Assembly: GCA_033551855.1 (NCBI GenBank)
Contig: JAWSUI010000042.1
Span: 1-34,183, forward strand
DNA length: 34,183 nucleotides
From: Deferrisomatales bacterium
GTDB lineage: Bacteria; Desulfobacterota; Deferrisomatia; Deferrisomatales; JACRMM01
Reading direction: 5' to 3'
Shown here: positions 18,022-25,976 of the stretch, piece after piece
How positions within the stretch are numbered: the first letter of the stretch is position 1
Layout of the letters: every line of letters begins with the position of its first letter
Made by a program: the position numbers and the translations under genes
The notes under the pieces: generated by a model
The model's input: the letters and a program-made list of their open reading frames with translations, nothing else
What the model was told of the DNA's origin: nothing
Databases searched by the model: none

Positions 18022-19290
18022 TCAGCGTCCCCGCCCGCGTGGGCCTCCGGGGCGTCGGGCCCGGGGGCGCGTCCGGGGCGCTTCCCCTTCGCCGTCGGGT
18101 CGGCGGCTCCGGGGCGGGCGCGGGACCTCCGCGGGGAGGAGCTCGTCGCGCACCTGCTCCACGGGGATCTTGTGGCCGATGTACCCCTCGATCTCCCCGA
18201 GGCTGTACACGTAGTCCTCGCAGGCCAGGCTGACGGCCTTTCCCGAGGCGCCGGCCCGGGCGGTGCGGCCGATCCGGTGCACGTAGTCCTCCGCGTTCTG
18301 GGGAAGGTCGTAGTTGAAGACGTGGCTGATGCGGTCCACGTGCAGCCCCCGCGAGGCCACGTCGGTGGCAACCAGGATCCGGACGTCGCCGGAGATGAAC
18401 TTCTGAACGATTTTCAGCCTGCGGGCCTGGTCCACGTCTCCGCTGAGCACCGTCGCAGGGTAGCCGTTGCGTTCCAGGCGCTCCTGCACCATGTTCCCGG
18501 CCCGCTTGGTGTTGACGAACACCAGGGCCTTCTCCCACGGCTCGGCCTGGAGCAAGCCCAGGAGCAGCCGGAACTTCTCCCGACTGTTGACGTGGTACAG
18601 CACCTGCTCCACCTTCTCGGCCGTCACGCGTTCGGGGGTGATCTCCACGAGGCCCGGCACGTTCATATACTCGTACGAGAGCTCCATCACCCGGTCGCTG
18701 ATGGTGGCCGAGAACAGGAGGCTCTGGCGCTTGTCGAAGGGGGACATGCGTCGGAGCAGGAAGCGGATGTCCCCGATGAACCCCATGTCGAACATCCGGT
18801 CCGCCTCGTCGATGACGGCAATCTCCACGTCCTTGAGGTGGTAGACTCGCTGCTTCAGGTAGTCGATGAGCCGGCCCGGCGTGCCCACCAGGAGGTCGAT
18901 GCCCTGGGCGAGGTCCTCCCGCTGCTTGCGGTAGTCGATGCCCCCGTACACGGCGAGCGATCGGAAGGGGAGGTTGGCCCCCACCTGGATCGCGTCGCTG
19001 TGCACCTGGACTGCCAGCTCGCGCGTCGGGGTGAGAACGATCGCGCGCGGGCAGACCCCCTTGGTGGGGCGCCGGGGGGTGCGCAGGAAGCGGTCGAAGA
19101 TCGTGGTCACGAAGGCCAGGGTCTTGCCGGAGCCGGTCTGCGCCTGCACGGCCAGGTCCTTGCCCTCGAGGGTCGGGGGGAGGCTGCGTGCCTGGACCGG
19201 GGTGAGGTGGGTGAACCCGCAGGCCGCGATGCCCGCTTTGAGCTCGGGAGGGATACTCAGTTGATCGAAGGTCAGGTCCGTGAATTCCAT
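18022..19290 (-). CDS. rhlB: DEAD-box ATP-dependent RNA helicase (RhlB-like)
   Basis: AQTGSGKT, PTRELA, GTPGRLIDY, DEADRMFDMGF, SAT, DVASRG, HRIGRTARAGASG..SLACEDY. Confidence 0.85.
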   Translation of the reverse strand: MEFTDLTFDQLSIPPELKAGIAACGFTHLTPVQARSLPPTLEGKDLAVQAQTGSGKTLAFVTTIFDRFLRTPRRPTKGVCPRAIVLTPTRELAVQVHSDAIQVGANLPFRSLAVYGGIDYRKQREDLAQGIDLLVGTPGRLIDYLKQRVYHLKDVEIAVIDEADRMFDMGFIGDIRFLLRRMSPFDKRQSLLFSATISDRVMELSYEYMNVPGLVEITPERVTAEKVEQVLYHVNSREKFRLLLGLLQAEPWEKALVFVNTKRAGNMVQERLERNGYPATVLSGDVDQARRLKIVQKFISGDVRILVATDVASRGLHVDRISHVFNYDLPQNAEDYVHRIGRTARAGASGKAVSLACEDYVYSLGEIEGYIGHKIPVEQVRDELLPAEVPRPPRSRRPDGEGEAPRTRPRARRPGGPRGRGR

Positions 19291-19347
19291 GGGGCTCCGT
19301 GGGAGGTGTGGGGGGCCTCGGCGGCCGCCGGGTTGCGGAAGGTCGCC

Positions 19348-19376
19348 AATCTAGGTGGATTTCGCCCCGGAGTCAA
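19348..19376 (-). promoter_or_regulatory. Predicted sigma70 promoter for the DEAD helicase
   Basis: Minus strand TTGACT-17 nt-TAGATT. Confidence 0.65.
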
Positions 19377-19393
19377 CGCGGGGGGTGCGCCCC

Positions 19394-19446
19394 GGATCCC
19401 CCGGTTGCTCGGCAAGCGGAGTCCGGGCGCCCCTGCGTTTCGCCGC
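19394..19446 (-). repeat. Family A repeat, copy 3 (3' half only)
   Basis: ggatcccccggttgctcggcaagcggagtccgggcgcccctgcgtttcgcc matches 9026-9077 and the reverse complement of ~4950-5001. Confidence 0.75.
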
Positions 19447-19502
19447 TGCGCTCCAGGCTTCCCCGATCCCGCCCAGCCCGTGGCGGCGGAGGTGGGCGCG
19501 CG

Positions 19503-20459
19503 GTGCTGACCGGCTTTGCCCTGGTGGCCGCCGGCGTGGCCCTCCTGTACTACGGGGCCGGCCTCCTGGTGGTGGGCGCCTCCCGGCTGGCGGCCGGCTT
19601 TGGGGTGGCCCCCGCGGTGGTGGGCCTGACCGTGGTCGCGTTCGGCACCAGCCTCCCCGAGCTCGTGGTGAGCGTGACGGCGGCGGTGCGGGGCAATCCG
19701 GACATCGCCCTGGGCAACATAGTGGGCTCGAACATCGCCAACGTGGGGCTCATCCTGGGGCTCGGGGCGTCCCTGCGGGCGATGACCGTGGAGTTCACCC
19801 TCCTCAAGCGCGAGGCCCCCATGGGTCTCGGCGCGGTGGCCCTGGTGGTCCTCCTGAGCGCCGACGGCGTGATCGGTCGGGGGGATGCCGCGGTCCTCCT
19901 GGCCGCGTTCTGCGGCTTCCTCTACTGGAGCGTGATGGGGGAGCGGCAGGCCCCCGAGGGGGTCCAGGAGGCCTACGGCCGAGCGGCCGCCGCCGGCCGC
20001 AGGAAGGTGCGCGACGGCCTGTGCGCCGCCTGCGGCCTCGTGGGGGTGCTCCTGGGGGGGCACTGGCTCGTGGAGGGGGGCGTGGCCGTGGCGGCCGGCC
20101 TGGGCGTGCCTGCGGTGATCATCGGGCTCACCGTCGTCGCGGTGGGCACCAGTCTGCCGGAGCTGGCGGCCTCCCTCGTGGCGATGACCCGGGGGGAGAG
20201 CGACATCGGCGTGGGCAACGTCCTCGGGTCGAACCTCTTCAACCTGCTGGGGATCCTGGGGGTGGCCGCCCTGGTGCACCCCATAGAGATCCCGGACACC
20301 TTCTTCCGCTTCCAGTACCCGGTCCTCGCGGTCTTCACCCTTGCCCTGCTGCCCATCATGCGGACGGGGCTCGGGATCTCCCGTGCCGAGGGCGCCCTCC
20401 TGCTGGGCGCCTACACGGCCTACGTGGCGGCCCTGTTCCTCCTGCCGGGGGTGGGGTGA
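19503..20459 (+). CDS. Calcium/sodium antiporter (YrbG/CaCA family)
   Basis: Two alpha repeats: GLTVVAFGTSLPEL...GNIVGSNIAN and GLTVVAVGTSLPEL...GNVLGSNLFN. Confidence 0.93.
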   Translation: MLTGFALVAAGVALLYYGAGLLVVGASRLAAGFGVAPAVVGLTVVAFGTSLPELVVSVTAAVRGNPDIALGNIVGSNIANVGLILGLGASLRAMTVEFTLLKREAPMGLGAVALVVLLSADGVIGRGDAAVLLAAFCGFLYWSVMGERQAPEGVQEAYGRAAAAGRRKVRDGLCAACGLVGVLLGGHWLVEGGVAVAAGLGVPAVIIGLTVVAVGTSLPELAASLVAMTRGESDIGVGNVLGSNLFNLLGILGVAALVHPIEIPDTFFRFQYPVLAVFTLALLPIMRTGLGISRAEGALLLGAYTAYVAALFLLPGVG

Positions 20460-20482
20460 AGCGCGGGCCCGCGGCGCGTTCC

Positions 20483-20902
20483 CTACCCGAGAAGCCTCGC
20501 CTGCAGGGTGATCTCCGGCCCGGCCAGGGCCTTCGAGACCGGGCAGTTCCTCTTGGCCTCCTCGGCGTGCTTCTGGAAATCGGCGTCGGTCAGACCGGGG
20601 ACCTCCGCTTCCGTGCTGAGCTCGATCTTCGTGATGGTCGGACCCTCCCCCAGGTGCACCCTGGCGGTGGTGGCCACTCGCTTCGGGGCGAAGCCGGCGT
20701 TGCCGAGGAGCGCCGCCAGGAACATCGAGTAGCAGCCCGAGTGGGCGGCGCCGATCAGTTCCTCCGGGTTCGTGCCCCCGCCCGACTCGAAGCGCGAGGC
20801 GAACGTGTAGGGGCCTTCGTAGGCCCCGCTCCCGACCTTCATCGTCCCGGACCCGTCCTTCAAGGTGCCCTGCCACACGGCGGAGGAGGTTCGATCGGCC
20901 AT
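20483..20902 (-). CDS. osmC: OsmC family peroxiredoxin
   Basis: WQGTLKDGSG, YTFASRFE, GTNPEELIGAAHSGCYSM, AKRNCPVSKAL. Confidence 0.93.
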   Translation of the reverse strand: MADRTSSAVWQGTLKDGSGTMKVGSGAYEGPYTFASRFESGGGTNPEELIGAAHSGCYSMFLAALLGNAGFAPKRVATTARVHLGEGPTITKIELSTEAEVPGLTDADFQKHAEEAKRNCPVSKALAGPEITLQARLLG

Positions 20903-21032
20903 CGCGTTTCTCCCTCTGTGAGGTTGTGCCCCCCCGAGTGAACAGACCCACCCGGCGTTTCCCGGCTTGGCCACTCTTACCGCCGGCCGCGCTCGTCGGC
21001 AAGGCGGGATCCTGCCCCGGATTCCCAGTCCG

Positions 21033-21093
21033 CCACCACGGGGTAGTTGCCGGCGAGCTCACGGAGCTTGCGCTCCAGGGTGCGGGGGACCGT
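21033..21093 (-). pseudogene. 5' relic of the AAA+ ATPase gene (start ATG>ACG)
   Basis: (T)VPRTLERKLRELAGNYPVV versus MIPRTLERKLRELAGYYPVV at 22931. Confidence 0.85.
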
Positions 21094-21165
21094 GGCTCCA
21101 GGCTCTTGGGTGGAGCACCGATTGTCAAGCCAACTTACAAGAGCTGCACAGCGGCCCCGGGGTCG

Positions 21166-21277
21166 GACCGGGGTGCGCAGGACCGAACGACGAGACCTGT
21201 CAGGTAGACAGGCGAGGACTGAGCCAGTGCGCAACGAAGCACTCCGGTCGCGCAGCGGATGGTTTCACAGGCAGCCC
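21166..21277 (+). mobile_element. Family B MITE-like repeat (left end truncated)
   Basis: Stem GACCGGGGTGC/GCACTCCGGTC, right end TTTCACAGGC; homologous to 16469-16611. Confidence 0.6.
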
Positions 21278-21304
21278 CTGGGACCTCGGGGCGGCGCCCG
21301 CCGT

Positions 21305-21712
21305 CTACGTCGCGCCGCTCCACAGGCCCTTGCGGAGCTCCCGGAGGAACACCTCGGCCAGCATCCCGGGCCGGTGGAGGTGGATGTCGTGGTGGGTGTC
21401 GGGGAACCTGTGGACCGACGAGCGGGGCAGGGTCTCTCGGGCGGCCTCGACTTCCTTCCGGCGCACGTCCCGGTGGCCGCCCCCGTCCTCGGCGGCGAAC
21501 AGGACCACCGGCTCGCGCACGTGGGGGTAGAGCGCCGCGGGCCTCTGCTCCCAGAGGTCCCGGAGGATCTCGAGGTGGCGGTCCAGGGTGAGCCAGGGGC
21601 GAACCGTCCCGTCGGGTAGGCGCTCGAAGGAGCCCATGGCGGCCTCCAGTGCTGCCTCCGACCACTCGGGGTTGGCCTCGGCCACCCTCCGGAGCAGCGC
21701 GTGCCAAGAGCT
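21305..21712 (-). pseudogene. C-terminal half of an alpha/beta-fold hydrolase
   Basis: ...ERLPDGTVRPWLTLDRHLEILRDLWEQRP..LYPHVREPVVLFAA...FPDTHHDIHLHRPGMLAE; no N-terminal half and no nucleophile motif. Confidence 0.6.
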
Positions 21713-21743
21713 TACCGACTGCGGTCTGCTCTCATGCGGGCGC

Positions 21744-22931
21744 TCAGACCATCGCGGCGAAGGCCGCGGGGGCGTCGCGCCAGGAGTGGACCCAGCCCTG
21801 GGAGCGCCGCTGGGACTCGTCCCCGCCGTAGACGACGTGGGCTCTCCGGGCACGATGAGACCCGCCTTCCGCTCCCAGTCTCTCCGGGAGGCGCTGCAGG
21901 CACCTGAAGAAGTCGGGGGTCACGGTGGCCCCCGATTTCACCTCGACGGCCTCCCACCCACCGGCACCCTCGATGAGCAGGTCGATCTCGCTGCCCCGCG
22001 TCTCGCGGTAGTGGAAAAGGCCGGGCCGGGCGCCTCGGTGCACGAACGCCTTATAGGCCTCGGAAACCACCCAGCTCTCGAAGATCGCGCCCCGCAGCGG
22101 GTGCAGCCGGAGTTGCTCGGGGTCGCGGATCCCGAGTAGATAGCAGACGAGGCCGCTGTCGAAGAAATGCAGCTTGGGAGCCTTGACCACCTGTTTGCGC
22201 AGGTTCGCGTGCCACGCAGGGAGCCGGTGGACGAGGTAGCTCGTCTCCAGCACCGACAACCAGGCCCGGGCCGTGTTGTGGGACACGCCCGCGTCGTTGC
22301 CCAGGGCCGACAGGTTGACCTCTTGCGCCGTCCGCCCGGCGCAGAGCTTGAGGAACCCGGAGAACGCATGCAGGTCGCCGACATTGAGCACCTGCCGCAC
22401 GTCGCGCTGAAGGTAGGTGGTGGCATAGTCGGCCAGCCACTGGTGGGCCGGGATGCTTCTGTCGTAGATCCGCGGATAGGCCCCCTGCCAGAGCACCGGG
22501 AACAGGTCCGACGGCGCGTTCCGAAAGGCCCCCAGCTCCTCGAAGCTCGGCGGGAGCAGGGCTAGGACGCCGCAGCGCCCGGCCAGGGACTGGGAGATCG
22601 CGTCCGATAGGCCGAAATGCTGCGAGCCCGTGAGGATGAAGCGGCCCGGGTCCCCGCGCTCGTCCACCTCGCCCTGCAGGTAGGTCAGCAGGTCCGGGGC
22701 ATGCTGCACCTCGTCGAGGATGGCTCCGCCGGCATACTGGCCCAGGAATCCCCGCGGGTCCGAGCGCGCGAAGTCGCGGGCATCGAGCGCCTCGAGGGAG
22801 ACGTAGGCCTTGTCCGGAAACGTCATCCGGCACAGGGTGGTCTTGCCCGACTGCCGCGGGCCGGTCACCACCACGACGGGGTAGTAGCCGGCGAGCTCAC
22901 GGAGCTTGCGCTCCAGGGTGCGGGGGATCAT
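21744..22931 (-). CDS. AAA+ ATPase, AAA_14 + DUF4143 (COG1373-like)
   Basis: GPRQSGKTT, ILDEVQH, ILTGS, QSLAGR, KAPKLHFFDSGL, GAIFE, EIDLL..EVK C-terminal nuclease-like motif. Confidence 0.92.
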   Translation of the reverse strand: MIPRTLERKLRELAGYYPVVVVTGPRQSGKTTLCRMTFPDKAYVSLEALDARDFARSDPRGFLGQYAGGAILDEVQHAPDLLTYLQGEVDERGDPGRFILTGSQHFGLSDAISQSLAGRCGVLALLPPSFEELGAFRNAPSDLFPVLWQGAYPRIYDRSIPAHQWLADYATTYLQRDVRQVLNVGDLHAFSGFLKLCAGRTAQEVNLSALGNDAGVSHNTARAWLSVLETSYLVHRLPAWHANLRKQVVKAPKLHFFDSGLVCYLLGIRDPEQLRLHPLRGAIFESWVVSEAYKAFVHRGARPGLFHYRETRGSEIDLLIEGAGGWEAVEVKSGATVTPDFFRCLQRLPERLGAEGGSHRARRAHVVYGGDESQRRSQGWVHSWRDAPAAFAAMV

Positions 22932-22937
22932 CGTTCC

Positions 22938-22966
22938 AGGCTAGCGGGTGCAGCACCGATTGTCAA
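22938..22966 (-). promoter_or_regulatory. Predicted sigma70 promoter, leaderless start of the AAA ATPase
   Basis: TTGACA-17 nt-TAGCCT-6 nt-ATG. Confidence 0.65.
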
Positions 22967-23003
22967 TCCAACCTACAAATGCTGCACAGCGGTTCCGGGG
23001 CCG

Positions 23004-23117
23004 GACCGGGGTGCGCAGGAGCGAACGACGAGACCTATCAGAGGTAGACAGGCGAGGAGTGGCGAGCGGCGCGACGAAGCACTCCGGTCGCGCAGCGGAT
23101 GGTTTCACAGGCAGCCC
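23004..23117 (+). mobile_element. Family B MITE-like repeat (duplicated copy)
   Basis: Paralogue of 21166-21277 and 16469-16611. Confidence 0.6.
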
Positions 23118-23144
23118 CTGGGACCTCGGGGCGGCGCCCGCCGT

Positions 23145-23229
23145 CTACGTCGCGCCGCTCCACAGGCCCTTGCGGAGCTCCCGGAGGAACACCTCGGCCA
23201 GCATCCCGGGCCGGTGGAGGTGGATGTCG
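23145..23229 (-). pseudogene. Second copy of the hydrolase extreme 3' end
   Basis: Identical to 21305-21389 (DIHLHRPGMLAEVFLRELRKGLWSGAT*). Confidence 0.8.
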
Positions 23230-23249
23230 GGGCGGGGGGACGTTGCGGC

Positions 23250-23738
23250 GGGGGGACGTTGCTCGTTTGACAGTTTGGCGCGGCGGAGGGTACCCTCCCC
23301 TCATGCCCAGACAAGCCCGTCTCGACCTGCCCGGCCTCTTGCAGCACGTGATCGTTCGCGGGATCGAGCGCCGGAGGATCTTCTTCGACGACGAGGATCG
23401 GGAGGACTTCGTCGGTCGGCTGAGCCGGCTTCTCGTCGCCACCAAGACCCAGTGCTTCGCCTGGGCTCTGCTTCCCAACCACTTTCACCTCCTGCTTCGC
23501 CCGACGGAGATCCCGCTCGCGTCTTTCATGCGGCGGCTCCTGACGGGCTACGCGGTCACGTTCAACCTGCGCTACAAGAGGTCCGGGCACCTCTTCCAGA
23601 ACCGGTACAAGTCCATTGTCTGTGACGAGGAGGAGTATCTTCTCGCGCTGGTGCGCTACATCGGGTTGAACCCGCTGCGGGTGCGGCTCGTCTCGAACCT
23701 CGACGAGTTGGACTGGTACCCCTGGTGCGGTCACGCCG
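23250..23738 (+). repeat. 489-bp direct repeat of the RAYT 5' part and its promoter (partner 24681-25169)
   Basis: Near-identical to 24681-25169 at offset 1431. Confidence 0.95.
23303..23738 (+). pseudogene. 3'-truncated REP-associated tyrosine transposase (RAYT-like)
   Basis: MPRQARLDLPG...NHFHLL...RYIGLNP...YPWCGHA, then loses homology to the full copy. Confidence 0.88.
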
Positions 23739-23754
23739 CGACCGCTGAGGGGAC

Positions 23755-23898
23755 ATTGCCGCGAACGGCCTCGTTGATGCGCTGCACGGACACACCGAGA
23801 TGCGCGGCGAGAGCGACCTGCGAGACGCCGGGCGGAGCCGAGAATTCCCGACCCGGGATAACGCCGGGGCCTGTCGGGATGCGGTATTCAGGAATCGT
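23755..23898 (-). pseudogene. HigA-family antitoxin relic (start ACG, 3' truncated)
   Basis: (T)IPEYRIPTGPGVIPGREFSAPPGVSQVALAAHLGVSVQRINEAVRG resembles the HigA HTH and the intact HigA at 27773-28078. Confidence 0.75.
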
Positions 23899-23915
23899 GG
23901 TCGCGCGTCCTGCCT

Positions 23916-24055
23916 GTGATCCTCCATAAGCCGGACATCGTGGGCACCCTTGTCCTGCGAGCGGAACACGACGCGGCACTGGTCGCTCACCCGGATCGAG
24001 TGGAACCCCTTGAGGTTGCCCTTGAGGGCTTCCAGCCGGTTGCCGGGTGACGGAA
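23916..24055 (-). pseudogene. HigB-family (RelE/ParE) toxin relic
   Basis: PSPGNRLEALKGNLKGFHSIRVSDQCRVVFRSQDKGAHDVRLMEDH parallels PPGNRLEAL...FSIRINEQWRICFRW...VDYH; 5' part and stop are missing. Confidence 0.8.
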
Positions 24056-24075
24056 TCTCGGACGTGCGGCTCGAC

Positions 24076-24104
24076 TTGAGCGACCGGGATCTTCGGGCTA
24101 GACT
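24076..24104 (+). promoter_or_regulatory. Predicted sigma70 promoter, leaderless start of the DUF4258 gene
   Basis: TTGAGC-17 nt-TAGACT-6 nt-ATG(24111). Confidence 0.5.
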
Positions 24105-24110
24105 GGCCCC

Positions 24111-24440
24111 ATGTGTTCGACCGCCGATACCATGGCCCTTGTCAGGGCGGCGTTGCAGCGAATGATTCTCTTCCTTCCTCTTGCCGTCCGCCAGATGTCT
24201 CGACCGGATCGGCTGATCCGGGCTTGCGAGGTCCAGCAAGTGGTGGCAGCCGGAGAAATCATCGAGGACTATCCGGAAGACCTCCGGGGGCACAGTTGCC
24301 TGATCCTGGGCCGCGGATCTGAGGGTAGGCCGGTGCACGTTGTCTGCGCACCCAAAGACGAGTATCTCGCGATCATAACGGCCTACGTCCCGGATCCCAG
24401 CGAATGGAACGACGCCTTTCGCGTGAGGAGGCGCTCATGA
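24111..24440 (+). CDS. DUF4258 domain putative toxin
   Basis: GEIIEDYPEDLRGHSCLILG...RPVHVVCAPKDEYLAIITAYVPDPSEW; the usual HA motif reads LA, so it may be inactive. Confidence 0.75.
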   Translation: MCSTADTMALVRAALQRMILFLPLAVRQMSRPDRLIRACEVQQVVAAGEIIEDYPEDLRGHSCLILGRGSEGRPVHVVCAPKDEYLAIITAYVPDPSEWNDAFRVRRRS

Positions 24441-24649
24441 CCTGTCTTCAGTGCGGCGGCGCGATGGCTCGCGGAACCGGTCCGTTTCACGTGGACCGCA
24501 AGGGCTATCACCTCGTCTTTGACGCGGTGCCTGCCTGGGTGTGTGGCCAGTGTGGCGAGATGTACCTCGAAGCGCCGGAGGTGGACGCCACTCAGGATGT
24601 CATCGAGTCCGCCGATCGGGGCACCGAGAGGATGGCCGCGTCCGGATAG
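24437..24649 (+). CDS. YgiT-type zinc finger (MqsA-like) putative antitoxin
   Basis: MTCLQCGG...VPAWVCGQCGEMY; ATGA overlap with DUF4258. Confidence 0.8.
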   Translation: MTCLQCGGAMARGTGPFHVDRKGYHLVFDAVPAWVCGQCGEMYLEAPEVDATQDVIESADRGTERMAASG

Positions 24650-24733
24650 CGCTGCGCCCCTCTCCACTCTGGGGGACGATGGGGGGACGTTGCTCGTTTG
24701 ACAGTTTGGCGCGGCAGAGGGTACCCTCCCCGC

Positions 24734-25738
24734 ATGCCCAGACAAGCCCGTCTCGACCTGCCCGGCCTCCTGCAGCACGTGATCGTTCGCGGGATCGAGC
24801 GCCGGAGGATCTTCTTCGACGACGAGGATCGGGAGGACTTCGTCGGTCGGCTGAGCCGGCTTCTCGTCGCCACCAAGACCCAGTGCTTCGCCTGGGCTCT
24901 GCTTCCCAACCACTTTCACCTCCTGCTTCGCCCGACGGAGATCCCGCTCGCGTCTTTCATGCGGCGGCTCCTGACGGGCTACGCGGTCACGTTCAACCGG
25001 CGCCACAAGAGGTCCGGGCACCTCTTCCAGAACCGGTACAAGTCCATCGTCTGTGACGAGGAGGAGTATCTTCTCGCGCTCGTGCGCTACATCGGGTTGA
25101 ACCCGCTGCGGGCCCGGCTCGCCTCGAACCTCGACGAGCTGGACCGGTACCCCTGGTGCGGCCACGCCGTCATCCTGGGAAATCGGGAGCTTCCCGGGCA
25201 GTCGGTGGATGAGGTGCTGGGGCGGTTCGGGACCAAGGTGAAAGAGGCCACGACCAGGTACCGCGACTTCGTTGCCGCCGGGGCAGCCGAGGGTCGCCGG
25301 GACGAGCTGGTGGGCGGAGGGCTTCGGCGAAGCGGCGGAGAAAAGGCACTGCGGAGAAGGGACGCCGAGGAGCGTCAGGCCTACGATGAGCGGATCCTTG
25401 GAGGGGGAGAGTTTGTCGAGACTCTCTGGCGGGAGGAGTCGCTTCGCGACCGGCTGCCTCCGCGGGTTGGTCTGGAGGAGCTTCTTGGGCGGGTGGCAGG
25501 GGCGTATGGTACCGAAGCCGAGGCACTGCGACGGCGCCGACGGCTCGCGCACCTTTGCGAGGCCCGGGCGGTTGTGTGCTACTTGGCGGTGAGGCAGTTG
25601 CGGTACAAAGGCGGGGACGTGGGCCGGGCGCTGCACCTCGGGCGGGCCGGTCTGAGTGGTGCCGTTCGGCGAGGCGAGGACCTGGTGCGGGCCCGCCCGG
25701 AGCTGATGGCACTGCTGGAGGTGGGGGATGAGCCATGA
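24734..25738 (+). mobile_element. REP-associated HuH tyrosine transposase (RAYT/Y1_Tnp) with C-terminal HTH-like extension, intact ORF
   Basis: MPRQARLD..HVIVRGIERRRIF, HuH NHFHLL, GHLFQNRYKS, catalytic Y in RYIGLNP, YPWCGH, DERILG, C-terminal ARAVVCYLAVR...AVRRGE; promoter TTGACA-18-TACCCT-6-ATG. Confidence 0.88.
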
Positions 25739-25803
25739 CCGTGATCGCAGACCTTCTCACCCTGCCGGAGGGCAAGACTCTGGGGGTCAAGGGGGACCTG
25801 TCG
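25735..25803 (+). pseudogene. N-terminal scrap of a Schlafen/AlbA_2-domain protein
   Basis: MTVIADLLTLPEGKTLGVKGDLS resembles the AlbA_2 start L..PEGKTLEFKRDLS; ATGA overlap with the RAYT stop. Confidence 0.5.
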
Positions 25804-25813
25804 CCGCTGCAGG

Positions 25814-25915
25814 CGCCCGGGCGGGAGATCCGTGCCGCCCATCGACCGCGCGCACCGGCCCGTGCACCTCTGGAAAGCGGGGGACGTCCACAAAGTGGAC
25901 GAGTACCTGGATTCG
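25814..25915 (+). pseudogene. Possible C-terminal scrap of a DUF1156 adenine methyltransferase
   Basis: VPPIDRAHRPVHLWKAGDVHKVDEYLD matches, from memory, the C-terminal motif PLIDxxHRLMHLWKAGDVxKVDEYLD of DUF1156 proteins. Confidence 0.4.
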
Positions 25916-25976
25916 ACAGACAGGGCTTGTGTTGGAGTGAGACAAGTCAGAAGATCCGCTCCGGGGAGGAGACGCC

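Larger units (their letters stand above)
21033..21389 (+). repeat. ~357-bp direct repeat, copy 1 (AAA ATPase 5' relic + promoter + MITE + hydrolase 3' end)
   Basis: Aligns with 22871-23229; the last 156 bp are identical. Confidence 0.95.
22871..23229 (+). repeat. ~359-bp direct repeat, copy 2
   Basis: Aligns with 21033-21389. Confidence 0.95.

Noticed and set aside
21033..25169. Diversity-generating retroelement template/variable repeat pair
   Set aside because: No reverse transcriptase, and differences between repeat copies are not adenine-specific
25879..25889. GGGGGACGTCC as another junction motif
   Set aside because: Falls inside the putative DUF1156 coding scrap (A-G-D-V codons), so it is explained by coding sequence
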